Of a stretch of DNA of 64,000 bases, positions 17,844 to 28,118 are shown piece by piece. Made by a program: the position numbers and the translations under genes. The DNA is from Armatimonadota bacterium (GTDB lineage Bacteria > Armatimonadota > UBA5829 > DTLH01): assembly GCA_038207085.1 (NCBI GenBank), contig JBBRAE010000005.1, positions 20,181 to 84,180 of the forward strand, in the 5' to 3' direction. Each line of letters starts with the position of its first letter. The stretch's first letter is position 1. Below the pieces are notes generated by a model. The model made no database searches. It saw only the letters and a program-made list of their open reading frames with translations, and had not been told where the DNA came from.

Positions 17844-19124
17844 ATGAAACGACTCAAGCGGGTAGTTCTGTTTGTTGTGAAGTCGGTAGCTGTACTTATT
17901 CTAGTGCTAGTCGTAGTCGGTGGGATTCTCAGGGTTGTGTGGGGACGACAATACGAGGCCCAGCTCTCGGCACTTAAGGCAAAGGGCGAACCACTTACGT
18001 TTGAGCAGTTACGTGGAGCAAAGATTCCAGACTCAGAAAACGCAGCGGTAGTATATGACAAGATTTACAGGCAGCAGTCAAGCCAACCTCAGATTAAGCG
18101 TGATCTGGAGCGGATTGGCTGGTTCGGCAACCCGGACGAACGCAAGAAAAACCCTAAGCTATGGAGCGAGGCGGAGCAGATACTTGCGCGAAATCAAGCG
18201 TTGTTGGCCCAGATGAAAGAGGCCGTCGTATCGCGCCCACGGTATCAGGTGCTCTACGACCCAAAATTGCAGGATGACTATTATGCCCGCTTTACAACTA
18301 TGCGTGGCCTGGTACGCTTCGCTTGCGCAGACGCCATCCTGAAAGCACGTGCGGGGAAAATGAACGAAGCCGTGGAGTCTCTTGACTTGGCATGCAAGAC
18401 GGCAAACGTGACAAAGGGAGATCAAATGGTAATAGCATACCTTTTTAGATGTGCGGGTAACAGCATTGCACTGCTTGGCGGTGTTTTTCAAGTGCTCCAG
18501 CTCGGAAACATCAGCGAACCGCAAGCCAAGCGGCTGTTTGAAACTATCAACAGCGCTGACTTGATGACTGGATTCGCAGAAGGCATGCGAGGAGAGAGGG
18601 TGTTCTTCCTCACGGATCCCGCAAACTCACGACTGATGGCCTCTCCATTGCCGCTTGCCTACGCAGATGGGTCTGCCTACTTGCGCTCCATACAAAAACA
18701 AATCGACGGATCAAGCCTGTCATGGAAAGACGCTAAGTCGAAGGGCTTGGTGGCAAGTGAGGATTCTGCACCATCCTACTTTGGCTTCACCACACTCATG
18801 ATCCCTGTGTGGACCCATGGCAACGAACGTCGCTTCAGAACACAGGCTGATAATGCCTGTGCCTGCGGGTTCCTGGCTGTGCAGGCTTACCGTGCCAGGT
18901 TTGGAGCTTATCCGGCAACTCTCGCCGACGCGGAGTCAAAACTTGGCTGGACACTGCCAAAAGACCCGTTTAGCGGCAAGGACCTTCTATACAAACGCCA
19001 GGGCAAGGGGTTCGTAGTCTACAGCGTTGGCCCGGACATGAAAGACGATGGTGGCACCGAGTCGGACAAGGCATATAATTACCCCAAAGCGTCTGGCGAT
19101 CTCGTCTGGGATTGGAGCAAGTAA
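17844..19124 (+). CDS. N-terminally TM-anchored hypothetical protein with a T2SS pseudopilin GspG-like C-terminal domain; atypical (AT-rich) codon usage
   Basis: N-terminal TM helix MKRLKRVVLFVVKSVAVLILVLVVVGG, with no prepilin GFTLIE motif. C-terminus YRARFGAYPATLADAESKLGWTLPKDPFSGKDLLYKRQGKGFVVYSVGPDMKDDGG parallels GspG ...LPQDPWG.DYQL...G.FDIFSLGADG..GG. Many A/T-ending codons, unlike flanking genes. Confidence 0.6.
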   Translation: MKRLKRVVLFVVKSVAVLILVLVVVGGILRVVWGRQYEAQLSALKAKGEPLTFEQLRGAKIPDSENAAVVYDKIYRQQSSQPQIKRDLERIGWFGNPDERKKNPKLWSEAEQILARNQALLAQMKEAVVSRPRYQVLYDPKLQDDYYARFTTMRGLVRFACADAILKARAGKMNEAVESLDLACKTANVTKGDQMVIAYLFRCAGNSIALLGGVFQVLQLGNISEPQAKRLFETINSADLMTGFAEGMRGERVFFLTDPANSRLMASPLPLAYADGSAYLRSIQKQIDGSSLSWKDAKSKGLVASEDSAPSYFGFTTLMIPVWTHGNERRFRTQADNACACGFLAVQAYRARFGAYPATLADAESKLGWTLPKDPFSGKDLLYKRQGKGFVVYSVGPDMKDDGGTESDKAYNYPKASGDLVWDWSK

Positions 19125-19126
19125 AG

Positions 19127-20137
19127 ATGACTGATAAACTCTCTTGGGGAATCATCGGGACGGGGATGATCGCCGGCAAGTTCGCGGCGGGGATATTGAC
19201 CTCGGAGACCGGCAGGCTCACCGCTGTCGCAAGCAGGAACCAGGCGACGGCGGATGCCTTTGCCGACGAGTTTGGCATCGAGAAGCGTTTCGCAAGCTAT
19301 GAGGCTATGCTCGCCGACCCCGGCGTTCAGGCCGTATACATATCGACGCCTCACCCGATGCACGCGGAGTGGGCGGTCAAAGCGGCTGACGCTGGGAAGC
19401 ACATTCTCTGCGAGAAACCGATCACACTCGATCTGGCAGACGCTGAACGTGTCGTCGAGGCGGCACGGGCAAACGGCGTCTTTCTGATGGAAGCCTTTAT
19501 GTACCGCTGCCACGCCCAAACGGCGAAACTGGTCGAACTGGTGCGCTCGGGGACGATTGGCGAGGTGCGGATGGTTCAGGCGACGTTTAGCTTTCAGACC
19601 GGGTGGGACCCCAAAAGCAGACTGCTCGATAAGTCGCTTGGCGGCGGCGGGATTCTTGATGTCGGCTGCTACTGCGCGTCGATGGTGAGGCTCGTCGCGG
19701 GCGCAGCCCAGGGCAAACCCTTTGCCGAGCCGACCGAACTGAAAGCTGTGGGGCGGATCGGTGAGACGGGCGTCGATGAGTGGACTGCGGCGGTTTTGAA
19801 GTTCCCCGGAGACATTGTGGCCCAGCTTTCATGTGGGGTACAGTTGAACCAGGAGAACGTCGTGCGAGTCTACGGAAGCGAGGGGAGCATACTTGTGCCG
19901 AGCCCGTGGTTCTGCGGGAAGGACGAAACCGGAGCGAATCTCGTCGTCCGTAAAGGAAGCAATACCGAGCGGATCAGCGTGCCTGAGTCCGGCGGGCTCT
20001 ACTCGATTGAGGCCGACACCGTCGCCCGCACGATCGCAAAAGGGGTGACCCAGGCCGACGCGCCGGCTATGACGTGGGACGATACGCTTGGGAATATGAG
20101 GGTGCTTGATCTTTGGAGAGCTGAGATCGGGGGTTAG
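19127..20137 (+). CDS. Gfo/Idh/MocA-family NAD(P)-dependent oxidoreductase
   Basis: MTDKLSWGIIGTGMIAGKFAAG Rossmann N-terminus. EKP motif (ILCEKPITL). The ATG at 19127 sits 2 nt after the upstream stop. Confidence 0.8.
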   Translation: MTDKLSWGIIGTGMIAGKFAAGILTSETGRLTAVASRNQATADAFADEFGIEKRFASYEAMLADPGVQAVYISTPHPMHAEWAVKAADAGKHILCEKPITLDLADAERVVEAARANGVFLMEAFMYRCHAQTAKLVELVRSGTIGEVRMVQATFSFQTGWDPKSRLLDKSLGGGGILDVGCYCASMVRLVAGAAQGKPFAEPTELKAVGRIGETGVDEWTAAVLKFPGDIVAQLSCGVQLNQENVVRVYGSEGSILVPSPWFCGKDETGANLVVRKGSNTERISVPESGGLYSIEADTVARTIAKGVTQADAPAMTWDDTLGNMRVLDLWRAEIGG

Positions 20138-20144
20138 GACCGCG

Positions 20145-21437
20145 TTAGCGCTCGATTGAGGCTAAAAGCTCTTCAAAGTTCGGGAAAGACGTTCGGATGC
20201 ACTCGGTTCCGCCGATCGTGGTCTCACCTCGGGCGGCTAGCCCGGCGATCGCGCAGGACATCGCGATGCGGTGGTCGCCGTGGGAGTGACAGACAGCGCC
20301 GGTGAGAGTCGCGCCGCCGTGGATTATCATCCCATCGGGGCGTTCTTCGATCTCTACGCCGAACTTGGAGAGCTCTGCAGCGACGGTCGCGACCCGGTCG
20401 GTCTCTTTTACCCGAAGCTCGGTGGCGTCGGCTATGGTTGTATCGCCTGAGGCGACTGCGGCGGCGGCGGCGATGATCGGGACCTCGTCGATGAGTCTTG
20501 GAATCAGGTCGCCACGGATTTCCGTGCCGTGGAGCGCGCTTGTCCGGGCGGTGATATCGGCTACGGGTTCACCGGCCTCTTCCCGAAGGTTTTCGAGGGT
20601 GATATCCGCGCCCATAGAAACAAGCGCATCGAGAATCCCGGTGCGGGTTGGGTTCACGCCGACGTTTCGCACCGTCACTTCAGAGCCGGGGACGATCAGT
20701 GCGGCTACGATGAAGTATGCGGCAGATGAGATGTCGCCGGGGACGGTTAGGTCCTGGGCAACGAGCTTCGGGTGGCCTGTGACGGTCGCTGTGAGCCCTT
20801 CTGACCTGACGTTTGCGCCGAACCCCCGGAGCATAAGCTCGGTGTGGTTGCGGGAAAGCGCGGGCTCGGTTACGGAGGTGTCGCCGTCGGCAAAAAGCCC
20901 CGCAAGCAGGACCGCGGACTTCACCTGCGCGCTTGCAACCGGCGACTTGTAATCAAGAGGAAAAAGCTCGCCGCCGGTGATGGTGAGGGGAGCCTTCTTC
21001 CCGCCCTCGCGTCCAAAAATCCACGCGCCCATCTCACGAAGTGGCTCGACCACGCGGGCCATCGGGCGCTTTTTGATAGACTCGTCACCGGTTATGACCG
21101 AATAAAACGGCTGGCCGGCAAGCACTCCGCAGATCAGGCGAATCCCGGTGCCTGAGTTGCCGATGTCGATGATGTCGGCGGCTTCTGAGAGCCCCTTGAG
21201 GCCGACGCCCCCAATCACAAGCTCGCCGGGTGCGGGGGAATCGATCGAGACGCCGAGGGCTCTGAACGCTCTTACGGTGTTCAGGCAGTCTTCACTTTCA
21301 AGAAAACCCCGAACGCGAGTGGTCCCTTCGGCAAGCGAGCCGAGGATCACCGAGCGGTGGCTGATCGACTTGTCGCCGGGAACGGTTATCTCGCCCTGAA
21401 GCCCGGTTGTACCGCTGACTCTAAGCTCGCCTTCCAA
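20145..21437 (-). CDS. aroA: 3-phosphoshikimate 1-carboxyvinyltransferase (EPSP synthase)
   Basis: LRVSGTTGLQGEITVPGDKSISHRSVILGSLAEGTTRV...; 430 aa. Confidence 0.9.
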   Translation of the reverse strand: MEGELRVSGTTGLQGEITVPGDKSISHRSVILGSLAEGTTRVRGFLESEDCLNTVRAFRALGVSIDSPAPGELVIGGVGLKGLSEAADIIDIGNSGTGIRLICGVLAGQPFYSVITGDESIKKRPMARVVEPLREMGAWIFGREGGKKAPLTITGGELFPLDYKSPVASAQVKSAVLLAGLFADGDTSVTEPALSRNHTELMLRGFGANVRSEGLTATVTGHPKLVAQDLTVPGDISSAAYFIVAALIVPGSEVTVRNVGVNPTRTGILDALVSMGADITLENLREEAGEPVADITARTSALHGTEIRGDLIPRLIDEVPIIAAAAAVASGDTTIADATELRVKETDRVATVAAELSKFGVEIEERPDGMIIHGGATLTGAVCHSHGDHRIAMSCAIAGLAARGETTIGGTECIRTSFPNFEELLASIER

Positions 21438-21442
21438 GTCCG

Positions 21443-22330
21443 TTACTCCCCTCGCTTTTCGTTTCTTACCCAGGTCTCACGAATCTGTTTGCCGTCCGAA
21501 AATAGCTGCAATAGCGCCTGGTCGTCGCCGGACTCGATCTGAGAGCGCACTTCGGAGAGAATCTCTTCAAAGCGCTTGAGCTCGGAGGTGATCGCATCTT
21601 TGCTCGACAGGCACACGTCCCGCCAAATCTCAGGTGGGCTCAATGCGATGCGCGTCAGATCGCGGAAGCTACCGGCTGCAAGCTCGAACACTTTGCCGCT
21701 TCTCCCCTGCTCCTCCGCCGCAAGCTTGAGGATCGCCGCGGCAAGGACGTGGGGCACGTGGCTGATGATCGCCGCGCTCGCGTCGTGCTGCTCGGGGCTC
21801 ATCATAACAGTCTGCGAACCGAGCCCCTCTGCGAAGTTGACGATGGTGCTAAGGGCGTTGACATCGGTATACTCGGTCGGGGTGATGACGTAGGTTGCGT
21901 CAAGGAAGAGATACGGCACAGCCGCCTCGACCCCGGACTCCTCAGACCCCGCCATCGGGTGCCCGCCGACGAAATATCGTTCGTCAGGGATCAGCGCCTC
22001 GGCTCCGCGGGTGATCATCGTCTTGGTGCTCCCGACGTCGGTCACGATCGCGCCGGGTTTCAAAAACCCCGAAATCGCCTCGATCATCGGTAGAGCGGCA
22101 AGCACCGGGGGGCAGACGAACACGATATCGGCCTCACCGATCCCCGCAAAGAGATTGGTAGTCACCTCGTCGACGGCGGCCAACTGCTGGGCGCGGACAA
22201 GCTTCTTGCCGTCACGCCCGACGCCTACGACCCGACGAGCAAGCCCACGAGCCTTGGCAGCCATGCCAATAGAGCCGCCTATTAGTCCGACGCCGATTAT
22301 GGCGACAGTGTCGACGATGGGTTCGTTCAT
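21443..22330 (-). CDS. tyrA: Prephenate/arogenate dehydrogenase
   Basis: Start at MNEPIVDTVAIIGVGLIGGSIG, 2 nt after the aroF stop. PDH domain. The track's longer ORF would overlap aroF. Confidence 0.85.
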   Translation of the reverse strand: MNEPIVDTVAIIGVGLIGGSIGMAAKARGLARRVVGVGRDGKKLVRAQQLAAVDEVTTNLFAGIGEADIVFVCPPVLAALPMIEAISGFLKPGAIVTDVGSTKTMITRGAEALIPDERYFVGGHPMAGSEESGVEAAVPYLFLDATYVITPTEYTDVNALSTIVNFAEGLGSQTVMMSPEQHDASAAIISHVPHVLAAAILKLAAEEQGRSGKVFELAAGSFRDLTRIALSPPEIWRDVCLSSKDAITSELKRFEEILSEVRSQIESGDDQALLQLFSDGKQIRETWVRNEKRGE

Positions 22331-22334
22331 CAGG

Positions 22335-23357
22335 TTAGACGTATCTTCCAACGGCCCGCGCGCACACGTTCAGTTCGGTCATCATCTGAGCGAAGTGATC
22401 GGGGCGGAGCGACTGTGGGCCGTCCTTCAGAGCCTTTGCGGGGTTCGGGTGAACCTCGATCATCAATACGTCCGCACCTGCGACCACAGAGGCCTTGGCG
22501 ACCGGGGAAACGAGGTTCCACCTGCCCGTGCCGTGGCTTGGGTCGGCGACGATCGGAAGATGCGTCAGACCCGCAAGCGAGGGAATCGCGCTTATGTCAA
22601 AGGTGTTTCGTGTGTAGGTCTCAAAGGTGCGAATACCCCGCTCGCAGAGCAGAATTTCATAGTTGCCACGGTTGGCGATGTACTCTGCGGCCTGCAGCCA
22701 CTCCTCGATCGTCGAGGACATGCCGCGCTTGAGCATAACGGGCTTCTTGATCAGGCCGATCTCGCGCAACAGAGCGTAGTTCGCCATATTTCGCGTGCCG
22801 ATCTGCAAAATGTCCGCGTATTTGGCGACAAGGTCGATGTCGCGGGTGTCCATAACCTCGGTTATGATAGGCAGCCCGGTGATGTCGCGCGCGGTCGCCA
22901 TCATCTTCAAGGCATCCTCGCCTAGACCGTGGAAGCTGTAGGGCGATGTGCTCGGCTTGAACGCGCCGCCACGGAGGATCGATGCGCCCGCGGCTTTGAT
23001 CGCCTTTGCGACCTCAATCACCTGCTCTTCGCTCTCGACCGAACATGGACCGGCCATCACGACGATCTTCTGGCCGCCGATGTCGACACCGCCGACCTTG
23101 ATGATAGTCTTATCCGGGTGGAACTCGCGCCCGACGATCTTGTAGGGCTTCAGGATCGGAATGACACGCTCGATATAGTCGAACGAGCTCAGCTGCTCGG
23201 CGATTATCGCCTTGTCCTCTTCGGGCGCGCCGATGGCGCCGACAATCGTCTTCTCGACACCCTTCGATATGTGCACGCCATAGCCGCGGTCTTTTAAGTT
23301 CTGTACCAACTCTTCAAGATCGCCATCTTTCGCCGTCGGAGTCATTATAATGATCAT
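22335..23357 (-). CDS. aroF: 3-deoxy-7-phosphoheptulonate (DAHP) synthase, type I-beta, with an N-terminal ACT/ferredoxin-like regulatory domain (Thermotoga type)
   Basis: About 70-aa N-terminal regulatory domain, then KIVGREFHPDKTIIKVGGVDIGG...VMAGPCSVES...TRNTFDISAIP...DPSHGTGR (DAHPS/KDO8PS fold). Confidence 0.85.
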   Translation of the reverse strand: MIIIMTPTAKDGDLEELVQNLKDRGYGVHISKGVEKTIVGAIGAPEEDKAIIAEQLSSFDYIERVIPILKPYKIVGREFHPDKTIIKVGGVDIGGQKIVVMAGPCSVESEEQVIEVAKAIKAAGASILRGGAFKPSTSPYSFHGLGEDALKMMATARDITGLPIITEVMDTRDIDLVAKYADILQIGTRNMANYALLREIGLIKKPVMLKRGMSSTIEEWLQAAEYIANRGNYEILLCERGIRTFETYTRNTFDISAIPSLAGLTHLPIVADPSHGTGRWNLVSPVAKASVVAGADVLMIEVHPNPAKALKDGPQSLRPDHFAQMMTELNVCARAVGRYV

Positions 23358-23482
23358 TGCTGTATCCTGTTCTTAGTTGCCAGTGGCTAGTCGCTAGTTG
23401 TCAGCCGGATCGGGCGCGAACTGATTGGTCGGGCTAACTTTCTTTGCGTGCGGGATATTCATCCTGCACGATCATGGTGCTC

Positions 23483-24625
23483 TCACCCCAGAACTTTCTC
23501 AAGTTCTTCGATGAATTTGACGTTCTCCTGCTGGAGGCCGGTGCTGATCCTCGCCCAGGTCGGCGCACCGAAGACGTCGCCGGTGCGGATGATGACGCCG
23601 CGCTTCAAGAGCTCGCCGAAAACCTGCTTGCTGTCGCGCTTGAGATTGACCCACACGAAGTTCGCCTCGCTTGGAGCGTAGGGGAGGCCCATTCGGTCGA
23701 ACTCCTTATAGAAATAGGCTTTGCCCTCGGAATTGAGCTTGCGGGTCCTCGCGACGTGCTCCTGATCTTCGATACCTGCGATCGCCGCGGCCTGCGCGAC
23801 CAGGTTGATATTAAACGGCAGCCGCACCTGCTCTAGATAGCCGATAATCTCCGGCTTTGCGATCCCATAGCCGACACGGAGCCCCGCGAGGCCGTAGATC
23901 TTGGAGAAGGTGCGCATCAGGATGACGTTGCGGCCTTCTTTCACCCATTTCATACCGTCGGGATAGTCTTCGCGCTCGTTGTACTCGTAGTAGGCCTCGT
24001 CGAGCACAAGAATCGCCCGCTCGGGGAGCTTATTCAAAAGCTTTTCAACTTCGCTGTGAGAGACGAGCGTGCCGGTCGGGTTATTCGGGTTTGCGATAAA
24101 GACAAACTTGGTGCGCTCGTTAACCAGCTCAAGGATCTCACCGAGGTCGTGGGTGTGATCTGTGAGCGAAACCTTGCAAACCGTGCAGCCGTTCAAAACC
24201 CCCGCAGTCTCATACTGGGAGAATGTGGGGTCGCCCTGGATGATCTCATCCTCAGGCTCGATCATAGCCGTTCCAAGCTCGTGGATGATCTCATCACTCC
24301 CTGCGCCGAATGTGAGACATTCCCCGCCGATGCCCAGATGCTTCGCCACAGCATTTCGCAGAGCAAAGCAGTTGCCATCGGGGTACATGCCGACCTTTTC
24401 CACAGCCGCTTTCATCGCCTCGACAGCCTTCGGGGACGGCCCGAGCGGGTTCTCGTTGCTTGCAAGCTTAATGATATCAGTCAGCCCAAACTCGCGCTGA
24501 ACTTCTTCGATCGGCTTGCCCGGCACATACGGCCTAAGTCTGGTTACACATTCTTTGCAGATTCTCACAGCCACTTGAAAACTCACCTCTTTATATTCAC
24601 TGTCGTGAATGGCGGTTTTTGCCAT
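23483..24625 (-). CDS. hisC: Histidinol-phosphate / aromatic aminotransferase (class II PLP aminotransferase)
   Basis: ..RLRPYVPGKPIEEV..LASNENPLGPSP..; PLP lysine region TFSKIYGLAGLRVGY. Sits in an aro/tyr cluster, so likely also serves phenylalanine/tyrosine synthesis. The N-terminal 17 aa may be extra. Confidence 0.8.
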   Translation of the reverse strand: MAKTAIHDSEYKEVSFQVAVRICKECVTRLRPYVPGKPIEEVQREFGLTDIIKLASNENPLGPSPKAVEAMKAAVEKVGMYPDGNCFALRNAVAKHLGIGGECLTFGAGSDEIIHELGTAMIEPEDEIIQGDPTFSQYETAGVLNGCTVCKVSLTDHTHDLGEILELVNERTKFVFIANPNNPTGTLVSHSEVEKLLNKLPERAILVLDEAYYEYNEREDYPDGMKWVKEGRNVILMRTFSKIYGLAGLRVGYGIAKPEIIGYLEQVRLPFNINLVAQAAAIAGIEDQEHVARTRKLNSEGKAYFYKEFDRMGLPYAPSEANFVWVNLKRDSKQVFGELLKRGVIIRTGDVFGAPTWARISTGLQQENVKFIEELEKVLG

Positions 24626-24824
24626 TTACGTTCCCCTTGTGGTGAAGGCCCTGGCGACAGCATTGCGATACGAAATGCGAAAGCCGGCAGCAGCACGGGT
24701 TCTGTGCCGCGAGAGTCTTTACCACAACCCTTAAAAGTTTATCATAAAGCAGGCTAGGATGGGAAGGGCGAGAATGGTTGCAGATCAGATGTGAAACGAA
24801 CTAAAATAGCTTCAGCAAAATCAT

Positions 24825-25667
24825 GTGGAGCTGTTTACGATGGAATATCCTGATCTTCTGCCGGGGATGGAGCCGGTTTACCTTTGGAAAAACACTGCCG
24901 TCGGCCCGGTCGACGACACCCACACGCCATTTTTCAGCGTGCACCTGCCCGAAAATCCAACCGGCGCAGGGGTCGTTGTCTGTCCGGGAGGCGCGTATGC
25001 CTTCCTTTCGCTTGAGAAAGAAGGACTGAACGTTGCCCAGTGGCTAAACGCTCGGGGAGTCGCCGCATTCGTGCTTCACTACAGACTCGGGCCGCAGTAC
25101 AACCATCCGACCCAGCTCGGCGACATCCAGCGTGCGATTCGGATGATCCGAGCCAACTCTTCGCATTACGGAGTCGACCCCGGCAAGCTCGGAGTGTGCG
25201 GGTTCTCCGCCGGAGGGCACCTCGCGTCATCCGCTGCGACAATCTTTGACGCGGGACACCCCTCCTCGCCAGACGCTATCGAACAAGAGAGCTCAAGGCC
25301 GGACTTTGCGATCCTCGCCTACCCCGTCATCACCCTCCTTGACCCCTACACGCACGTTGATTCAAGAAACCACCTGCTCGGGGAATCGGCCGATGACTCA
25401 CTCATCAGGGAAATGTCGACCGAGACGCGCGTAACCCCAAAGACGCCGCCGATCTTTCTTTTCCATACCGACGAAGACGGCGCAGTCCCATCGGAAAACA
25501 GCGTGCAGTTCTACCTCGCGTGCCGAAAAGCCGGAGTCCCGGCGGAGCTTCACGTATACGCGCCCGGCGGTCACGGCGTAGGGCTTGCGCAGGAAGACCC
25601 GGTGCTTGTGAGCTGGACAAACAGGCTTGAGGCGTGGATGCAGGGAATGAACTTGCTCGGAGGCTAA
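24825..25667 (+). CDS. Alpha/beta-hydrolase-fold esterase (carbohydrate/acetyl esterase-like)
   Basis: GFSAGGH nucleophile elbow. HYRLGP oxyanion region. 280 aa. Confidence 0.75.
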   Translation: MELFTMEYPDLLPGMEPVYLWKNTAVGPVDDTHTPFFSVHLPENPTGAGVVVCPGGAYAFLSLEKEGLNVAQWLNARGVAAFVLHYRLGPQYNHPTQLGDIQRAIRMIRANSSHYGVDPGKLGVCGFSAGGHLASSAATIFDAGHPSSPDAIEQESSRPDFAILAYPVITLLDPYTHVDSRNHLLGESADDSLIREMSTETRVTPKTPPIFLFHTDEDGAVPSENSVQFYLACRKAGVPAELHVYAPGGHGVGLAQEDPVLVSWTNRLEAWMQGMNLLGG

Positions 25668-25727
25668 CCCGACGTTATTGTTATCAACAAGCTCTGCGGT
25701 GTATAATTATATGGTGAGAAGCCTGAA

Positions 25728-28118
25728 TTGTTTTTTAAAGGACTAAGCATTCAAATGATAGATAGAGCCGATTCCGTTGATTTTCAACTAAAACTGTCCG
25801 AGCCGACCGTCGCCGAGTTCGCCGATGGGGGAAGCACCACGTTTGTCCCAGCCAAATTCGTGCCGGAGCGCGCTAACTTCGACACCGTGCGCCTTGAAGG
25901 CGCTTGGCAGGTCGCCTACTGGCCGTTTGCCGTTCCTGAAGCTGAGATTGTGGGCAAAGTCGGTGGAAACGTCTCGTGGAGCGAAGTCGCGCAGCCGGGC
26001 AAGGTGTTCTACTATGACCCGAATACGTCCCCTGACAAGATCCCGGACTGGGACAGGGTCTCGCTTGCGCACATCGACCCCGAAGATGGCGCGATTATCA
26101 AGCGAAACGTTACCGTACCGGGCAACTGGGCGGGCAAAAAAGCCTTTTTGAGGTTCGAGGGGATTTACCCCGCGGGTGTCGTCTATTTTGACGGTATAAA
26201 GGTCGGCGAACAGTGGAGCGGGCTTACCCCAATCGAGTTCGATGTGACCGAGCTTGCCACGCCGGGCGTCCACACGGTCGCGATCAGACTCTACCGCAAG
26301 CACGAGTCTGTAAAGCTCGACATGCCCCGCCACGCCCTTGAGTTCACGGGCCTCTGCCGCGCGGCGTTTCTGCACGCGGTCGAACCGGTGCATGTCTCAG
26401 AGATGAGGCTCGCGCCCGAGCTTGCCGATGACTACAAAACAGGGCACGTGACGGGTGAAGTCACCGTCAGAAACTCATCAGGCAAGAGCACCGAAGCGAC
26501 TGTAGCCGTGCAGATCGTCGACGCAAAGACCAATGTGATCGTCGAAGTGCCCTACAGCGTGTCGCTTGGAGCAGGCGAAGAGAAAACGATCGAGATCGAC
26601 GTCCCGGCGGGCGAAGTGAACACCTGGAACGCCGAGAAGCCCTACCTCTATGCCGTCCGCCTCCGAGTGATCGCGCCGGGCCAGGAGTCGCAGTGCCTGA
26701 AAGAGACGATCGGCTTTAGAAAGTTTGAGATGAAGGATCAGCGCCCGCTTCTTAACGGCAACCCCGTCAAGTTCCGTGGTGTCAACCACCTCACCTTCCA
26801 CCCCGAGGGCGGGATGTACACCCCCGAGCCGTGGCTTAGGCAGTGCCTGACGATGATGAAGCGCGCGAACGTAAACGCGATCCGCACGCACTTCTTCGGC
26901 CCGCGTGAGCTCACGGACCTCTGCGACGAGCTTGGAATCTACCTGTTGCAGGAGCTTCCTATTGACTGGGGCCACCCGTATTTCCATGAGTCGGTCCACC
27001 TCGGGCCCGTGCTTCACAGGATGGAAGCCTGCGTCCGCCGCGATAGAAACCACCCCTGTGTTATGGTGTGGAGCATCGGCAACGAGAACCTGCCGAAGAC
27101 CGAGGAGATCCACGACGTTTTCTTCCAGCACCTCGCACTTGCAAACGAGATCGTGAAGAAGCTGGACCCGACTCGCCCTACGATGTTCCCACCTCCCGGG
27201 CCAGCAAACAAGATCATGGGCATCTTCGAGACGCGCATCGGCGATATCGCGGACATCCATTACAGCTTCAAGCTGATCCGAGAGTTCAACGAGACCAACG
27301 TGCTCAGCAACCCGCGCACCTGGGAGCCGACTTTTGAGACGCACACCCGCGAGGAGCTTCACAAACGAGGCTGGAGCGGCGTCTGGTTCTCAAGTGAGTA
27401 TGGCATCGCCAACAAGCAGCCCGACCTTAACGGCGCGGCCTACCTGAACCTGATCGCCGACCTCGACTTTGACCCGCTCTCAGGCAAGAACGCCCAGCAG
27501 ACGTTTGTGGAGCGAATGCACTCCGAGTGGGGCCTGATGCACGACGACCCAACATGCCTTGGCGGCGCATATTTCTGCTGGATCGCGGCAGGCGCGGGCG
27601 ACCAGTGGGGATGGGTCCGCTGGGGAGAGGACGCTGACTGGGGAATCCTCACCGGCGACCTGATGCCCAAACCCTCGTTCTGGGCGCTGCGAGAGCTGTT
27701 CTGCCCCGTGCGCTTCCCCGACCATGTCGTCTGGCAGCCGGGAAGCAAGGAAGTGAAGATTTCGATCCGAAACGATTACAACGGGCTCGACTTCTCAGAT
27801 CTCACGTTCCGGCTGATGAGAACGGCCCCGGCATGGGGAAGCATGTGCCGCATCTTTGAGGACATCCCTGTCTCCTGCCCGCCCGGTGAGACAGTAACCG
27901 TGACGCTCCCGATGGAGAACACCGCTGGCCTCGACGAAGGTGCCACGTCGATCTGTCGGTTTATAGTCCTTGAGCCTAGCGGCTTCCGAACGATCATGGC
28001 CGACGTTTTGGTGATCTCTGAAGAAAACGTCGACAAGCGCAAGTCGGGAACGAACGGCCACAACGCCGCCCGCCCGAATATCCCAATGCCCCTTGGCCCG
28101 GACGCGGTGCTGGACTAG
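25728..28118 (+). CDS. Glycoside hydrolase family 2 (beta-galactosidase/beta-mannosidase-like)
   Basis: Sugar-binding domain, Ig-like domain and TIM barrel with RDRNHPCVMVWSIGNEN (GH2 acid/base region). The TTG at 25728 or the ATG at 25755 (MIDRADS) are both possible starts. Confidence 0.8.
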   Translation: MFFKGLSIQMIDRADSVDFQLKLSEPTVAEFADGGSTTFVPAKFVPERANFDTVRLEGAWQVAYWPFAVPEAEIVGKVGGNVSWSEVAQPGKVFYYDPNTSPDKIPDWDRVSLAHIDPEDGAIIKRNVTVPGNWAGKKAFLRFEGIYPAGVVYFDGIKVGEQWSGLTPIEFDVTELATPGVHTVAIRLYRKHESVKLDMPRHALEFTGLCRAAFLHAVEPVHVSEMRLAPELADDYKTGHVTGEVTVRNSSGKSTEATVAVQIVDAKTNVIVEVPYSVSLGAGEEKTIEIDVPAGEVNTWNAEKPYLYAVRLRVIAPGQESQCLKETIGFRKFEMKDQRPLLNGNPVKFRGVNHLTFHPEGGMYTPEPWLRQCLTMMKRANVNAIRTHFFGPRELTDLCDELGIYLLQELPIDWGHPYFHESVHLGPVLHRMEACVRRDRNHPCVMVWSIGNENLPKTEEIHDVFFQHLALANEIVKKLDPTRPTMFPPPGPANKIMGIFETRIGDIADIHYSFKLIREFNETNVLSNPRTWEPTFETHTREELHKRGWSGVWFSSEYGIANKQPDLNGAAYLNLIADLDFDPLSGKNAQQTFVERMHSEWGLMHDDPTCLGGAYFCWIAAGAGDQWGWVRWGEDADWGILTGDLMPKPSFWALRELFCPVRFPDHVVWQPGSKEVKISIRNDYNGLDFSDLTFRLMRTAPAWGSMCRIFEDIPVSCPPGETVTVTLPMENTAGLDEGATSICRFIVLEPSGFRTIMADVLVISEENVDKRKSGTNGHNAARPNIPMPLGPDAVLD

